NCBI GenBank assembly: GCA_017535435.1 | Contig: JAFXTY010000049.1 | Location: 1-62,137, forward strand | Direction of reading: 5' to 3' | DNA from: Spirochaetia bacterium | GTDB taxonomy: Bacteria; Spirochaetota; Spirochaetia; CADAEX01 | Length of the DNA: 62,137 nucleotides | Part shown: one piece after another, positions 27,591 through 36,096 of the stretch | Layout: the number at the start of each line of letters is the position of its first letter | Numbering within the stretch: the first letter of the stretch is position 1 | The notes under the pieces: model-generated | The model's input: only the letters and a program-made list of their open reading frames with translations | What the model was told of the DNA's origin: nothing | Database searches by the model: none | Made by a program: the position numbers and the translations under genes

Positions 27591-28247
27591 ATGAGGAAAA
27601 TATTTCCCATTTTCTTTATTATCCTTGTCTCTGCTTACAGCTTGTCTGCCCAAGGGATAAGCCGTATGACTTATTTTGCCAACCTGTTCGGCCTTTCCTT
27701 TGACACAAGGCAGGAGATCCCCCTGAGAGAGCTTTCCATCATCTACTTTATCCTGGACAACACCGAGGAATACCATATCCACTGCATGAGGGGCGAGGAG
27801 CAGAACCAGGTCTTTGTCAACACCGACGGCACAGTGGTGGTGCTGGACAAGCACGGCAATCCGGTGACCAACTACAACCGGGGAACCATACGGATAGCCC
27901 GTAAGAGCGACCCTATAGGCCATTTCATCCTTGACACCCAGCCCTGGCTCAACTTCGGTGTGGACTCAAACGACCCCACCACTATCGAGGAACGGCTTGA
28001 GGCCTATCTCAAGGATGTGCAGAACGCCATCTTTGTATTCCTGTTCCACCGGCGGAACGACCCCATAAAGCAGATCAGCTACAGCGACCTGGACCAGGTG
28101 GACAAAGAGGTGTGCCACTTCTTCTATCAGATACTTTTCAACAGATCCTACAAGATACAGCTGACCGACGAGAATATAGCCAAGATGCACAAAAGCCCAA
28201 ACCTGTGGGCCAAGTACTGTCATCAGATATTCAATCTTTTCTTCTAG
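27591..28247 (+). CDS. Hypothetical exported protein
   Basis: Signal peptide MRKIFPIFFIILVSAYSLSA; host-like codon usage. Confidence 0.7.
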   Translation: MRKIFPIFFIILVSAYSLSAQGISRMTYFANLFGLSFDTRQEIPLRELSIIYFILDNTEEYHIHCMRGEEQNQVFVNTDGTVVVLDKHGNPVTNYNRGTIRIARKSDPIGHFILDTQPWLNFGVDSNDPTTIEERLEAYLKDVQNAIFVFLFHRRNDPIKQISYSDLDQVDKEVCHFFYQILFNRSYKIQLTDENIAKMHKSPNLWAKYCHQIFNLFF

Positions 28248-28261
28248 AAAATCAAAAGTGC

Positions 28262-28298
28262 AAAAAAAAAACGTCACACCGAAAAATTCAGTGTGACG
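28262..28298 (-). terminator. Terminator of the tRNA transcript
   Basis: CGTCACAC...GTGTGACG stem followed by T10 on the minus strand. Confidence 0.7.
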
Positions 28299-28308
28299 CA
28301 AGCATAGG

Positions 28309-28380
28309 CATCTCCTACTGGAATCGAACCAGTGTTGACGGGATGAAAACCCGTTGTCCTAACCCCTAGACGAAGGAGAC
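28309..28380 (-). tRNA. tRNA-Glu(TTC)
   Basis: GTCTCCTTCGTCTAGGGGTTAGGAC...CGGG-TTTTCAT-CCCG...GGTTCGATTCC cloverleaf. Confidence 0.95.
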
Positions 28381-28386
28381 GCGTCT

Positions 28387-28459
28387 TGAGCTGCAATGGA
28401 TTCGAACCATTGACCCACGCCTTAAAAGGGCGTTGCTCTACCAGCTGAGCTAGCAGCCC
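28387..28459 (-). tRNA. tRNA-Lys(TTT)
   Basis: GGGCTGCTAGCTCAGCTGGTAGAGC...ACGCC-CTTTTAA-GGCGT...GGTTCGAATCC. Confidence 0.95.
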
Positions 28460-28481
28460 AAACAATAAATGCAACGACAAA

Positions 28482-28510
28482 AATCTATCAAGAAAGAGCG
28501 ATAATGTCAA
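28482..28510 (-). promoter_or_regulatory. Promoter for tRNA-Lys/Glu
   Basis: TTGACA-N17-TAGATT. Confidence 0.6.
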
Positions 28511-28528
28511 TAATACATTTATTTAATA

Positions 28529-28614
28529 TGCCGGAGGCGGAACTCGAATCCGCAAGGCTTTTAAGGGCCGGGGGATTTTAAGTCCCCTGTGTCTACCAAT
28601 TTCACCACTCCGGC
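28529..28614 (-). tRNA. tRNA-Leu(TAA)
   Basis: GCCGGAGTGGTGAAATTGGTAGAC...GGGGA-CTTAAAA-TCCCC, long variable arm. Confidence 0.95.
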
Positions 28615-28708
28615 AGGTCTTATTATTTTACTTTTCCAGGCCCTGACCGTCAAGGGTTAATTTGAATAAACCATTTACAAAACAGGATAAAAGGAATAAC
28701 TTTTTATC

Positions 28709-29545
28709 ATGAGCATGACAGAAGAAGTTGCCGGCCAGGTCCACCTGTACCCCGGCATTGCAGATACACACACCCACCTTATACTCTGGCAGACCAAGGA
28801 GATGGAGTGGAAGACTCTGTTCCAGACCTGTGTGGAGGGCGGCCTTGAGCTGGCCCTGGATGTGGGGACAAACACCGACACTTTCCAGGAGCGTCTTGCC
28901 ATGGTGAACCAGTTTGACCAGCTCTATATAACAGACGGCCTTTCGGTGAGCAAGTCGGAGTTGCCCCAGGAGGACCTTGAGAGGCGGCTTGATGAGCTGG
29001 AGAAGCAGGTGGCAGCAAATGTTGGCGGCGGCAAGCTTGTGGCTGTGGGAGAGATCGGCCTTGACAACCACTTCGAATATGGCGGAGTTGAACGGCAGAA
29101 GGAGCTGTTTGCTGCCCAGCTGGATATTGCAAATCAGTTTGACCTTCCTGTGGTAATACATACCAGAGAGGCTGACCCGGACACCTACTCCATGCTGGCC
29201 GGTGCAAAGCTGGGCCGGGGAGGAATTATACACTGCTTCTCCAGCGGCTGGGACTGGGCAAGGAAGTACCTGGACCTGGGGTTCTGCATCTCATTCTCCG
29301 GCAATGTCACATACAAGAAATCAGAATGCATTCAGGAAGCTGCAGCCAAGGTGCCGCAAGACCGGATACTGGCCGAGACCGACGCTCCATTCCTCACACC
29401 CCAGAAGGTGCGGAAATACCCTAACTGGAGCGGCTTCATAGGCTACACCTACGACTGCATAGCCGGTCTGCGCGGCACCTTGCCGGAGGAGCTGGCGGTA
29501 CAGGTGACCCGGAATTTCAAGACCTTGATGAGGCTGCCGCTGTGA
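28709..29545 (+). CDS. tatD: TatD-family DNase
   Basis: DTHTH, VGEIGLD, IHTREA, HCFS, ETDAPFL. Confidence 0.92.
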   Translation: MSMTEEVAGQVHLYPGIADTHTHLILWQTKEMEWKTLFQTCVEGGLELALDVGTNTDTFQERLAMVNQFDQLYITDGLSVSKSELPQEDLERRLDELEKQVAANVGGGKLVAVGEIGLDNHFEYGGVERQKELFAAQLDIANQFDLPVVIHTREADPDTYSMLAGAKLGRGGIIHCFSSGWDWARKYLDLGFCISFSGNVTYKKSECIQEAAAKVPQDRILAETDAPFLTPQKVRKYPNWSGFIGYTYDCIAGLRGTLPEELAVQVTRNFKTLMRLPL

Positions 29546-30183
29546 TAAAGCATATACTTATGGACGTGGACCACACCCTGTACCCCCGCTCCTCCGGGGT
29601 CGAGGGTGCTATGGTGAAACGTATAAACAAGTTCGTGGGCGACTACCTGGGAGTGACCGCCCAGGAGGCGGCCCGGATGCGTGCCCAGCGCCCCGCCGGG
29701 GTCTACGCCAGCACCCTCGACTGGCTGCAGCGGAAGTATGGCTTCACCGACATCTACGGCTACTTCAGGGCTATCCACCCCACCCGGTTCTGGGAGCATT
29801 TTCCAAAGAATGCAGAGCTCATAACCATGCTGGACAACCTCAAAGTCCCCTGCTCCATATATACAAACTCCTGGGCCAACCATGCCCTTAACGTAATGGA
29901 CTACCTGGAGATAACACCTTATTTCAAGAAGATCTACGACCTCCCCTTCTGCCACTTCATAGGAAAGCCTGATCCCCGCTCCTTCCGCTATGTTCTTGAC
30001 GACCTTAAGCTGGATCCAAGCGAGGTGCTGTTGGCAGACGATGCGCCAGAGACAATCATCGCATACACAAAAATAGGGGGCAAGGGAGTACTGGTGGATG
30101 AGAATCTCAAACCACGGCAGAACTTCCCTGCCCCCATCATCAAAGAAATAACTCAGCTAACTCAGCTCACCGAGATTTTCTAA
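29542..30183 (+). CDS. HAD-superfamily hydrolase (pyrimidine 5'-nucleotidase-like)
   Basis: DVDHTLY, YTNS, GKP, ADD. Confidence 0.85.
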   Translation: MIKHILMDVDHTLYPRSSGVEGAMVKRINKFVGDYLGVTAQEAARMRAQRPAGVYASTLDWLQRKYGFTDIYGYFRAIHPTRFWEHFPKNAELITMLDNLKVPCSIYTNSWANHALNVMDYLEITPYFKKIYDLPFCHFIGKPDPRSFRYVLDDLKLDPSEVLLADDAPETIIAYTKIGGKGVLVDENLKPRQNFPAPIIKEITQLTQLTEIF

Positions 30184-30184
30184 A

Positions 30185-30544
30185 TCACATATTTCTAGTT
30201 ACAACAATATTCACATCTGTGTCCAGGATGTTTGCAGCAACCACATCGCCTGCTGTAACCGGCGACTTAAGGTTCAGAGCGTTGATCACATCCATGCACT
30301 TGAACTTAAGCTTCTCCGGAATAGGCTTGTCTGTCTTGACAGGAACCACAGGATGCACACCGCCCTGGATCCGGGCTGTGGAGCAGATCATACGGCGGGG
30401 GTCTGTAACCTCGTTCTTGCCGTAAACCTCGCCCCTCTTGCAGGTGTTGCCTGTAACGGTGATCTCATCTCCGCATATCTTTACTGTAAGTCTGCAGCCC
30501 ATAGGACAGGAGACACATACTAATTTCTTCTCAACGCATTCCAT
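30185..30544 (-). CDS. DUF1667-like CxxC small subunit
   Basis: CVSCPMGC...GNTCKRG; last gene of the GlpA-like trio. Confidence 0.8.
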   Translation of the reverse strand: MECVEKKLVCVSCPMGCRLTVKICGDEITVTGNTCKRGEVYGKNEVTDPRRMICSTARIQGGVHPVVPVKTDKPIPEKLKFKCMDVINALNLKSPVTAGDVVAANILDTDVNIVVTRNM

Positions 30545-30545
30545 A

Positions 30546-31814
30546 TTATTTCTCCTCCTCAGGCTCTACAGTGATTCCGATCTCTTTTCCTTCCATTCCC
30601 TTGAAGATAGAGGATGGAACTGTAAGCTTTATCATCTCGCCAGGGGTCAGGAAAGGCTTCTTATAGCGTCCAAGTTCCCTGCCCTCCTCGGTGATCACCA
30701 GATAGCACTTGCCGAACACACGGTCCACTCTCATAAGGATGTCGAACTTATCGTCCAGGTTCTCGGGTCTGAACATGTGGGGAACTGCATAGGAAAGACC
30801 GCCTGTCACCTTGAAGGTGTTAGGCTTTGAGTTCTTGGTTATCTCCCCCTTGATATACTTTGCAGCATTTCTTCCTGCCTTCCGGCTCTCCTCGGTGACA
30901 AAGTCGACCAGGTCGTGGACATGCACTACGTTTCCGCAGGCGAACACACCCTCCATAGAGGTCTCCATGGATTCGGTGACAACAGGGCCCGATGTCTTCC
31001 TGTCGATCTTGATTCCAACCTGCCGTGACAGCTCGTTCTCGGGGATAAGTCCTACAGAGAGGAGCACTGTGTCGCAGGCATATTCCTTCTCGGTGCCGGG
31101 GATGACAGCCTTGGTCTTCTTGTCGCACTCTGCCACAACTACTTTCTCTACCCTTTCCTTGCCGTAGATTCCTACGATGTTGTGGCTGTACCACATCGGA
31201 ATATTGTAGTGGTCAAGGCACTGCACCACGTTTCTGGTAAGTCCCTTGGGGAATGAGCTTCTTGCAACTACTGCGATGACCTGGCCACCCTCAAGGACTA
31301 TACGGCGGGCCATGATCATTCCGATGTCTCCGGAGCCCAGGATGATGACTTTCTTTCCCACCATCTGCCCTTCGATGTTGATGTACCGCTGTGCAGCTCC
31401 TGCAGTGAATACTCCGGAAGGTCTGTCTCCTGCGATTCCGATACCGCTTCTTGTCCGCTCCCGGCAGCCCATGGCCAGCACTATTGCCTTTGCCTTGAGC
31501 TCGAAGATGCCCTGCTTGCTGTTCATGACAGTGAGGGTCTTGTCCTGGGATATATCCAGCACGATTGTATCAAGGAAGTACTTGATCTCTGTCTCCTTGG
31601 TCATGTTGATGAAGCGCTGTGCATACTCCGGGCCGGTGAGCTCCTCCTTGAAAACGTGGAGTCCGAATCCGTTGTGGATGCACTGCTGCAGGATTCCGCC
31701 CGGCTCAACATCACGCTCTACAATGGCGATGCTCTTGATTCCGTTGTTATATGCTTCCAGGGCAGCTGCCATTCCGGCAGGTCCGCCGCCTACTACTACA
31801 AGATCAAAATTCAT
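30546..31814 (-). CDS. NAD(P)/FAD-dependent oxidoreductase
   Basis: GGGPAG, QCIHNGFG, GCRER, CGNVVHVHDLVD. Confidence 0.9.
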   Translation of the reverse strand: MNFDLVVVGGGPAGMAAALEAYNNGIKSIAIVERDVEPGGILQQCIHNGFGLHVFKEELTGPEYAQRFINMTKETEIKYFLDTIVLDISQDKTLTVMNSKQGIFELKAKAIVLAMGCRERTRSGIGIAGDRPSGVFTAGAAQRYINIEGQMVGKKVIILGSGDIGMIMARRIVLEGGQVIAVVARSSFPKGLTRNVVQCLDHYNIPMWYSHNIVGIYGKERVEKVVVAECDKKTKAVIPGTEKEYACDTVLLSVGLIPENELSRQVGIKIDRKTSGPVVTESMETSMEGVFACGNVVHVHDLVDFVTEESRKAGRNAAKYIKGEITKNSKPNTFKVTGGLSYAVPHMFRPENLDDKFDILMRVDRVFGKCYLVITEEGRELGRYKKPFLTPGEMIKLTVPSSIFKGMEGKEIGITVEPEEEK

Positions 31815-31823
31815 TCTGCCCTC

Positions 31824-33251
31824 CTACTTTGTCTTTCCTGTAAGGATGTATGAACCTTTCTTGTCCAGCACAATATCCTTCCATTCGCATCCAAGCTCTC
31901 TTGCCAGGATCTCGTGCACCTTAGGTCCGCAGAAGCCTCCCTGGCACCGGCCCATTCCAGGGCGGCAGCGCCGCTTTATGGCATCCAGTGTCACTGCAGG
32001 GATCGGGCGGTGGATCTCATCCACAATCTCCCCTTCTGTTATCCGCTCGCAGCGGCAGATGATCCGGCCGTAGCGCGGGTCTTTCTTTACAAGAGCAGCC
32101 TGCTCTGCAGGAGAAAGCTCCATGAAGACTGTCCGCTTTACAATGGGGTTGAACTCTTTCTTGGCCTCCAGCTTTATGCCGCAGTTCCTCACAATGTCCA
32201 CAACATAGAGGGCAATGGCAGGGGCTGCGGAAAGACCAGGGCTCTTGATGCCGGCCACATCGATGAACTTAGGAGCATCCTTGACTTCTCTGATGATGAA
32301 GTCCCCGGTGGAAGGCTCGGCCCGCATGCCTGCGAAGTTTCTGATGCAGTTTCTGGTGGTGATGGTAGGAACCAGCTTGGAGCAGCCCTGGCGCACTCTG
32401 TTAAGAGCCTCGTCGGTTGTTCCTGTGTCGTCCCTGTCCTGGTCCACGTCGGATGTAGGTCCCAGGATTACGTTGCCATGGACGGAGCGTGCCACCAGGA
32501 TACCTTTTCCATTCTTGTCAGGACATGGGAAGAGGACAGACTGGATCTTGTCGTTCTCGCTCTTGTCCAGCAGGAAGTACTGGCCGATCTTCGGTGTTAT
32601 GCTGAAGTCAGGGGATGCAACCATGTTATGGATGATGTCTGAGTATACGCCTGCTGCGTTGATGACGCACTTGGCCTCAACCGGGCCGCTGGCGCTGTTG
32701 ATCTTATATCCATCCTTAGTCTTGTCGATGGAGTCAACTTTGTAGTTCAGCTTATAGTCGGCTCCGTTCATCACAGCGTTCTCCATGAGGGCTGTGGTAA
32801 GGAGCATAGGGTCCACTACTCCGGCAGTAGGAGCATAAAGGGCAGCCTTAGCCTCGGGGCTTGCCGCAGGCTCCTTCTCAAGAAGCTTCTTCACATCCAC
32901 AATCTCAAGGCCTGGGATGCCGTTCTTCTTTCCGCGTTCCAGGAGCACCTTCAATGTCTCCACCTGCTCGTCGGTGAAGGCAACTACAAAAGAGCCGCAC
33001 CGGTTGAAGGGCACAGAAAGCTCCTTGCAGAGTTTATCAAACATCGGGTTGCCTTCGCTGTTAAGCTTGGCCATAAGTGTACCCGGCTCTGGATCGTATC
33101 CAGCATGTACTATAGAAGAGTTGGCTTTGGATGTTCCTGCGCAGACATCGTTTCCCTTGTCAACCACAATAAGCTTGAGCTGATATCTGGAAAGCTCTCT
33201 GGCAATGGCAGCACCTACAACACCAGCACCTATGATTGCTATGTCGTACAT
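31824..33251 (-). CDS. FAD-dependent glycerol-3-phosphate dehydrogenase-like protein with BFD-like [2Fe-2S] domain
   Basis: GAGVVG, TSKANS..HAG, SPGLSAAP, CRCE...GRCQGGFC. Confidence 0.85.
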   Translation of the reverse strand: MYDIAIIGAGVVGAAIARELSRYQLKLIVVDKGNDVCAGTSKANSSIVHAGYDPEPGTLMAKLNSEGNPMFDKLCKELSVPFNRCGSFVVAFTDEQVETLKVLLERGKKNGIPGLEIVDVKKLLEKEPAASPEAKAALYAPTAGVVDPMLLTTALMENAVMNGADYKLNYKVDSIDKTKDGYKINSASGPVEAKCVINAAGVYSDIIHNMVASPDFSITPKIGQYFLLDKSENDKIQSVLFPCPDKNGKGILVARSVHGNVILGPTSDVDQDRDDTGTTDEALNRVRQGCSKLVPTITTRNCIRNFAGMRAEPSTGDFIIREVKDAPKFIDVAGIKSPGLSAAPAIALYVVDIVRNCGIKLEAKKEFNPIVKRTVFMELSPAEQAALVKKDPRYGRIICRCERITEGEIVDEIHRPIPAVTLDAIKRRCRPGMGRCQGGFCGPKVHEILARELGCEWKDIVLDKKGSYILTGKTK

Positions 33252-33351
33252 AGTTCCCCCATTTTATTAGTCTATATAACCAATATATACCCTTTGGTGG
33301 AAAATAACTACTGGTTTACAGGTGGTTTTTTTGGGTTTATAGTAGTGATAG

Positions 33352-34227
33352 ATGAATCTGACCATCTTTGTCCTGACACTCATATCCGGCATCCTCAACG
33401 CGACATGGAACTTCTTCAGCAAGAAAAAGTCGGGGGATTATTCGGTCATGGTCACCGGACTAGCATTATCCCATCTTATAATACTGCCTGTGACTTTGGT
33501 CCTGATGGCCATTTATGGTCTTGATCCAAAGGCTATCCCGGTCATATTGCTATCAGGCTTATTTGCGGGGCTAAACACCCTGCTGCTGGTATTCATGTAC
33601 GAAAGCTCGGACATCTCCATGGCCTACCCTGTCACCCGGGGAACCGGCGTCATGTTCATCGCCATATTAAGCTCCATACTCCTGGGCGAGCATGTATCAC
33701 GCATGGCAATAGTGGGCATCTTCCTGGTGCTTCTGGGGGTATTCCTCTTTGCCCTCTCCCGGGGAAGAAGGCTTTCTGACATCTGGGAGAGCATAAAGAG
33801 GCAGAAGATCGCGTTCTTCAACGGACTTTCCATGGTGGGCTACAACCTAGTGGACAGGGTTGCAGTGCAGAGCATAAATCCCCTCTTCCTCTACAACTTG
33901 CGGGGTGTTGTGGCCATGAGCTTCGCCATCGGATTCCTTATGCTTAAGCGGGGTTACACCTTCAGCCATATGAGGGACACCTTCCGATGCGAATGGAAAT
34001 ATTCCTGCATAATAGGCTACGGCAGCTTCATCGGCTATACCATAATCCTCCTGATCTACTACCTGTTTGCCGAGGCCAAGGCCAGCTATGTCACCCCTAT
34101 CCGGGAGACCTCCATAGTCATAGGTGCAATCCTGGGATTCATCTTCCTTAAAGAGAAAGCCACCATAAACAAGATTGCTGGCATCCTCTCCATCGTACTT
34201 GGTGTAATTCTTATCAAAATCGGCTGA
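33352..34227 (+). CDS. EamA/DMT-family transporter
   Basis: 10 TM, AYPVTRG, PIRETS..LKE. Confidence 0.88.
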   Translation: MNLTIFVLTLISGILNATWNFFSKKKSGDYSVMVTGLALSHLIILPVTLVLMAIYGLDPKAIPVILLSGLFAGLNTLLLVFMYESSDISMAYPVTRGTGVMFIAILSSILLGEHVSRMAIVGIFLVLLGVFLFALSRGRRLSDIWESIKRQKIAFFNGLSMVGYNLVDRVAVQSINPLFLYNLRGVVAMSFAIGFLMLKRGYTFSHMRDTFRCEWKYSCIIGYGSFIGYTIILLIYYLFAEAKASYVTPIRETSIVIGAILGFIFLKEKATINKIAGILSIVLGVILIKIG

Positions 34228-34230
34228 CAT

Positions 34231-34300
34231 AAACATAACATAGTCCGAATAAAACAGTAATTTTCTCCTATCGGTTATAAAAATTGAAATCATATAATTT
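34231..34300 (+). promoter_or_regulatory. 40-bp regulatory repeat copy 1 plus -10 box
   Basis: AAACATAACATAGTCCGAATAAAACAGTAATTTTCTCCTA-N20-CATATAATTT; 39/40 identical to 36015. Confidence 0.8.
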
Positions 34301-34317
34301 AATAAAGGAGATGGGGA

Positions 34318-35355
34318 ATGAAGATCTTCTTTTCTGCAGAATATGATGAAAAAGAACTGAAGCCTTTGTATGAGCTGGGAGATGTGGACAAACAGGGCTG
34401 GGCCCTGGGCCTTCCTAAATTCAGCGAAGATGAGCTTGTAGCCAAGACCATAGATGCAGATATCATTATAACAAGTTATGATGATATAACCAGAAAAGTC
34501 ATTGAGAGAGCCCCGAATCTGAAACTGATTGCCTGCACAAGGGCAACCCCGGTCAATGTTGATATGCAGGCGGCCAAGGAAAGAAACATCCCTGTCATTT
34601 ACACTCCTGGTAGAAATTCAGACTGTACTGCCGAGATGACAATAGGCCTTATGCTGGCAGTTGCCCGTAACATTCCCCAGACATACCGGGCTCTGAAGGA
34701 AGGCAGATATACTGCAGATCCTGAATTCCGCAAAGAAACACATGCAGGACTGAAGAAAGATGTAATATGGGACATGACTATGGATTCTCCCTATATGGTC
34801 TTCAAGGGGACACAGCTTAAGGGAAAGACCCTGGGCATCCTTGGATATGGCAGCATTGGCCGTCGCGTAGGTAAAATTGCCCGTGCCATAGGTATGGAAC
34901 TTCTTATCTACGACCCTTATGTAGGGGAAATAGATGTGGAGGAGTTCGGTGTACGGAAGGCAGAAAGTGTCGCTGATCTTATGAAAGAATCTGATTTTGT
35001 CACCTGTCATCTGAAGGTCACACCTGAAACTACAGGCATTGTAAGCAGGGAGATGATCTCTCTTATGAAACCGACTGCATATTTCATAAATGCATCAAGA
35101 GGCGCAGTTATTGACGAGGAAGCACTTATAGATGCACTTCGTGAGAAAAAAATACGCGGTGCCGCCTTTGATGTATATTCAAGCGAACCTATACGCAGCA
35201 ACCATCCCTATATAACGGAACTGGACAATGTTGTCATTACACCCCACATCGCCGGAGCAACCGATGATGTCCTGGTAAATCACACCAGGATGATTGTCGC
35301 AGATATAAAACGTTTCCTGAAAGGGGAACACATGCTGTATCAGTATCGCTATTGA
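34318..35355 (+). CDS. D-isomer-specific 2-hydroxyacid dehydrogenase
   Basis: GYGSIG, INASRG, FDV...EP, TPHIAG. Confidence 0.9.
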   Translation: MKIFFSAEYDEKELKPLYELGDVDKQGWALGLPKFSEDELVAKTIDADIIITSYDDITRKVIERAPNLKLIACTRATPVNVDMQAAKERNIPVIYTPGRNSDCTAEMTIGLMLAVARNIPQTYRALKEGRYTADPEFRKETHAGLKKDVIWDMTMDSPYMVFKGTQLKGKTLGILGYGSIGRRVGKIARAIGMELLIYDPYVGEIDVEEFGVRKAESVADLMKESDFVTCHLKVTPETTGIVSREMISLMKPTAYFINASRGAVIDEEALIDALREKKIRGAAFDVYSSEPIRSNHPYITELDNVVITPHIAGATDDVLVNHTRMIVADIKRFLKGEHMLYQYRY

Positions 35356-35365
35356 GGAAAAGAAG

Positions 35366-36022
35366 ATGAACAGAGAAAAAGCAAAGCTGGCACAGGCAGA
35401 AGTCTATAAAACCGCATTGGATATGTACAGCAGCGGCCTGGTCTCTGGCACCTGGGGGAATATCTCTGCCAGAATAGATGAGACATTCATGGTGATCACT
35501 CCGTCGGGAATGGCCTATGAGAGTCTTAGCCCGGATCTGATGGTCGTAGTGAATATGGATACACTGAAGTACGAGGGATCCCTTAAACCTTCTATCGAGG
35601 CAATTGTTCATGCTGATATCTATAAGAATCGGCCCGAAGTGAATGGTATCGTGCATACCCATTCCACATATGCCCTGACAGTGGCAACCGCCAGAAAAGA
35701 AATTCCACCTATCTGCGAGGATCAGGTGCAGATTCTGGGAGGCTCCATACGGGTGGCAGACTATGCCATGCCGGGAACAAAGGAGATGGCGCTTGCCTGT
35801 TTGAAAGCGCTGGACGGCAGGCAGGGAGCCCTGATTGCCAATCATGGGGCTATAAGCTGCGATGTCTCGCTGGCAAAGGCTTTTATCGGATCCCAGATTA
35901 TTGAGAAGACTGCAATGGTCTATATAAATTCTATGGCTATCGGCGGGCCTGTCGAGATATCCCAGAAAGATGTGGCCTTTTTTTCAGATTTCTTCCGTAA
36001 TAAATACGGACAAAAAACATAA
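35366..36022 (+). CDS. Class II aldolase (L-fuculose-phosphate aldolase-like)
   Basis: GNISAR, ITPSG, PSIE..H, HTHS, NHG. Confidence 0.9.
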   Translation: MNREKAKLAQAEVYKTALDMYSSGLVSGTWGNISARIDETFMVITPSGMAYESLSPDLMVVVNMDTLKYEGSLKPSIEAIVHADIYKNRPEVNGIVHTHSTYALTVATARKEIPPICEDQVQILGGSIRVADYAMPGTKEMALACLKALDGRQGALIANHGAISCDVSLAKAFIGSQIIEKTAMVYINSMAIGGPVEISQKDVAFFSDFFRNKYGQKT

Positions 36023-36084
36023 CATAGTCCGAACAAAACAGTAATTTTCTCCTAACCCCTCCTCTTTTCCCTGCCATATAATTT
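36015..36084 (+). promoter_or_regulatory. 40-bp regulatory repeat copy 2 plus -10 box
   Basis: AAACATAACATAGTCCGAACAAAACAGTAATTTTCTCCTA-N20-CATATAATTT. Confidence 0.8.
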
Positions 36085-36096
36085 CAGCAAAAGGAG

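Noticed and set aside
28309-28614. tRNAs as island integration sites
   Set aside because: No duplicated tRNA 3' end was found and the flanks are host-like.
34231-36054. CRISPR repeats
   Set aside because: Only two copies 1.8 kb apart, tied to promoters; no cas genes.
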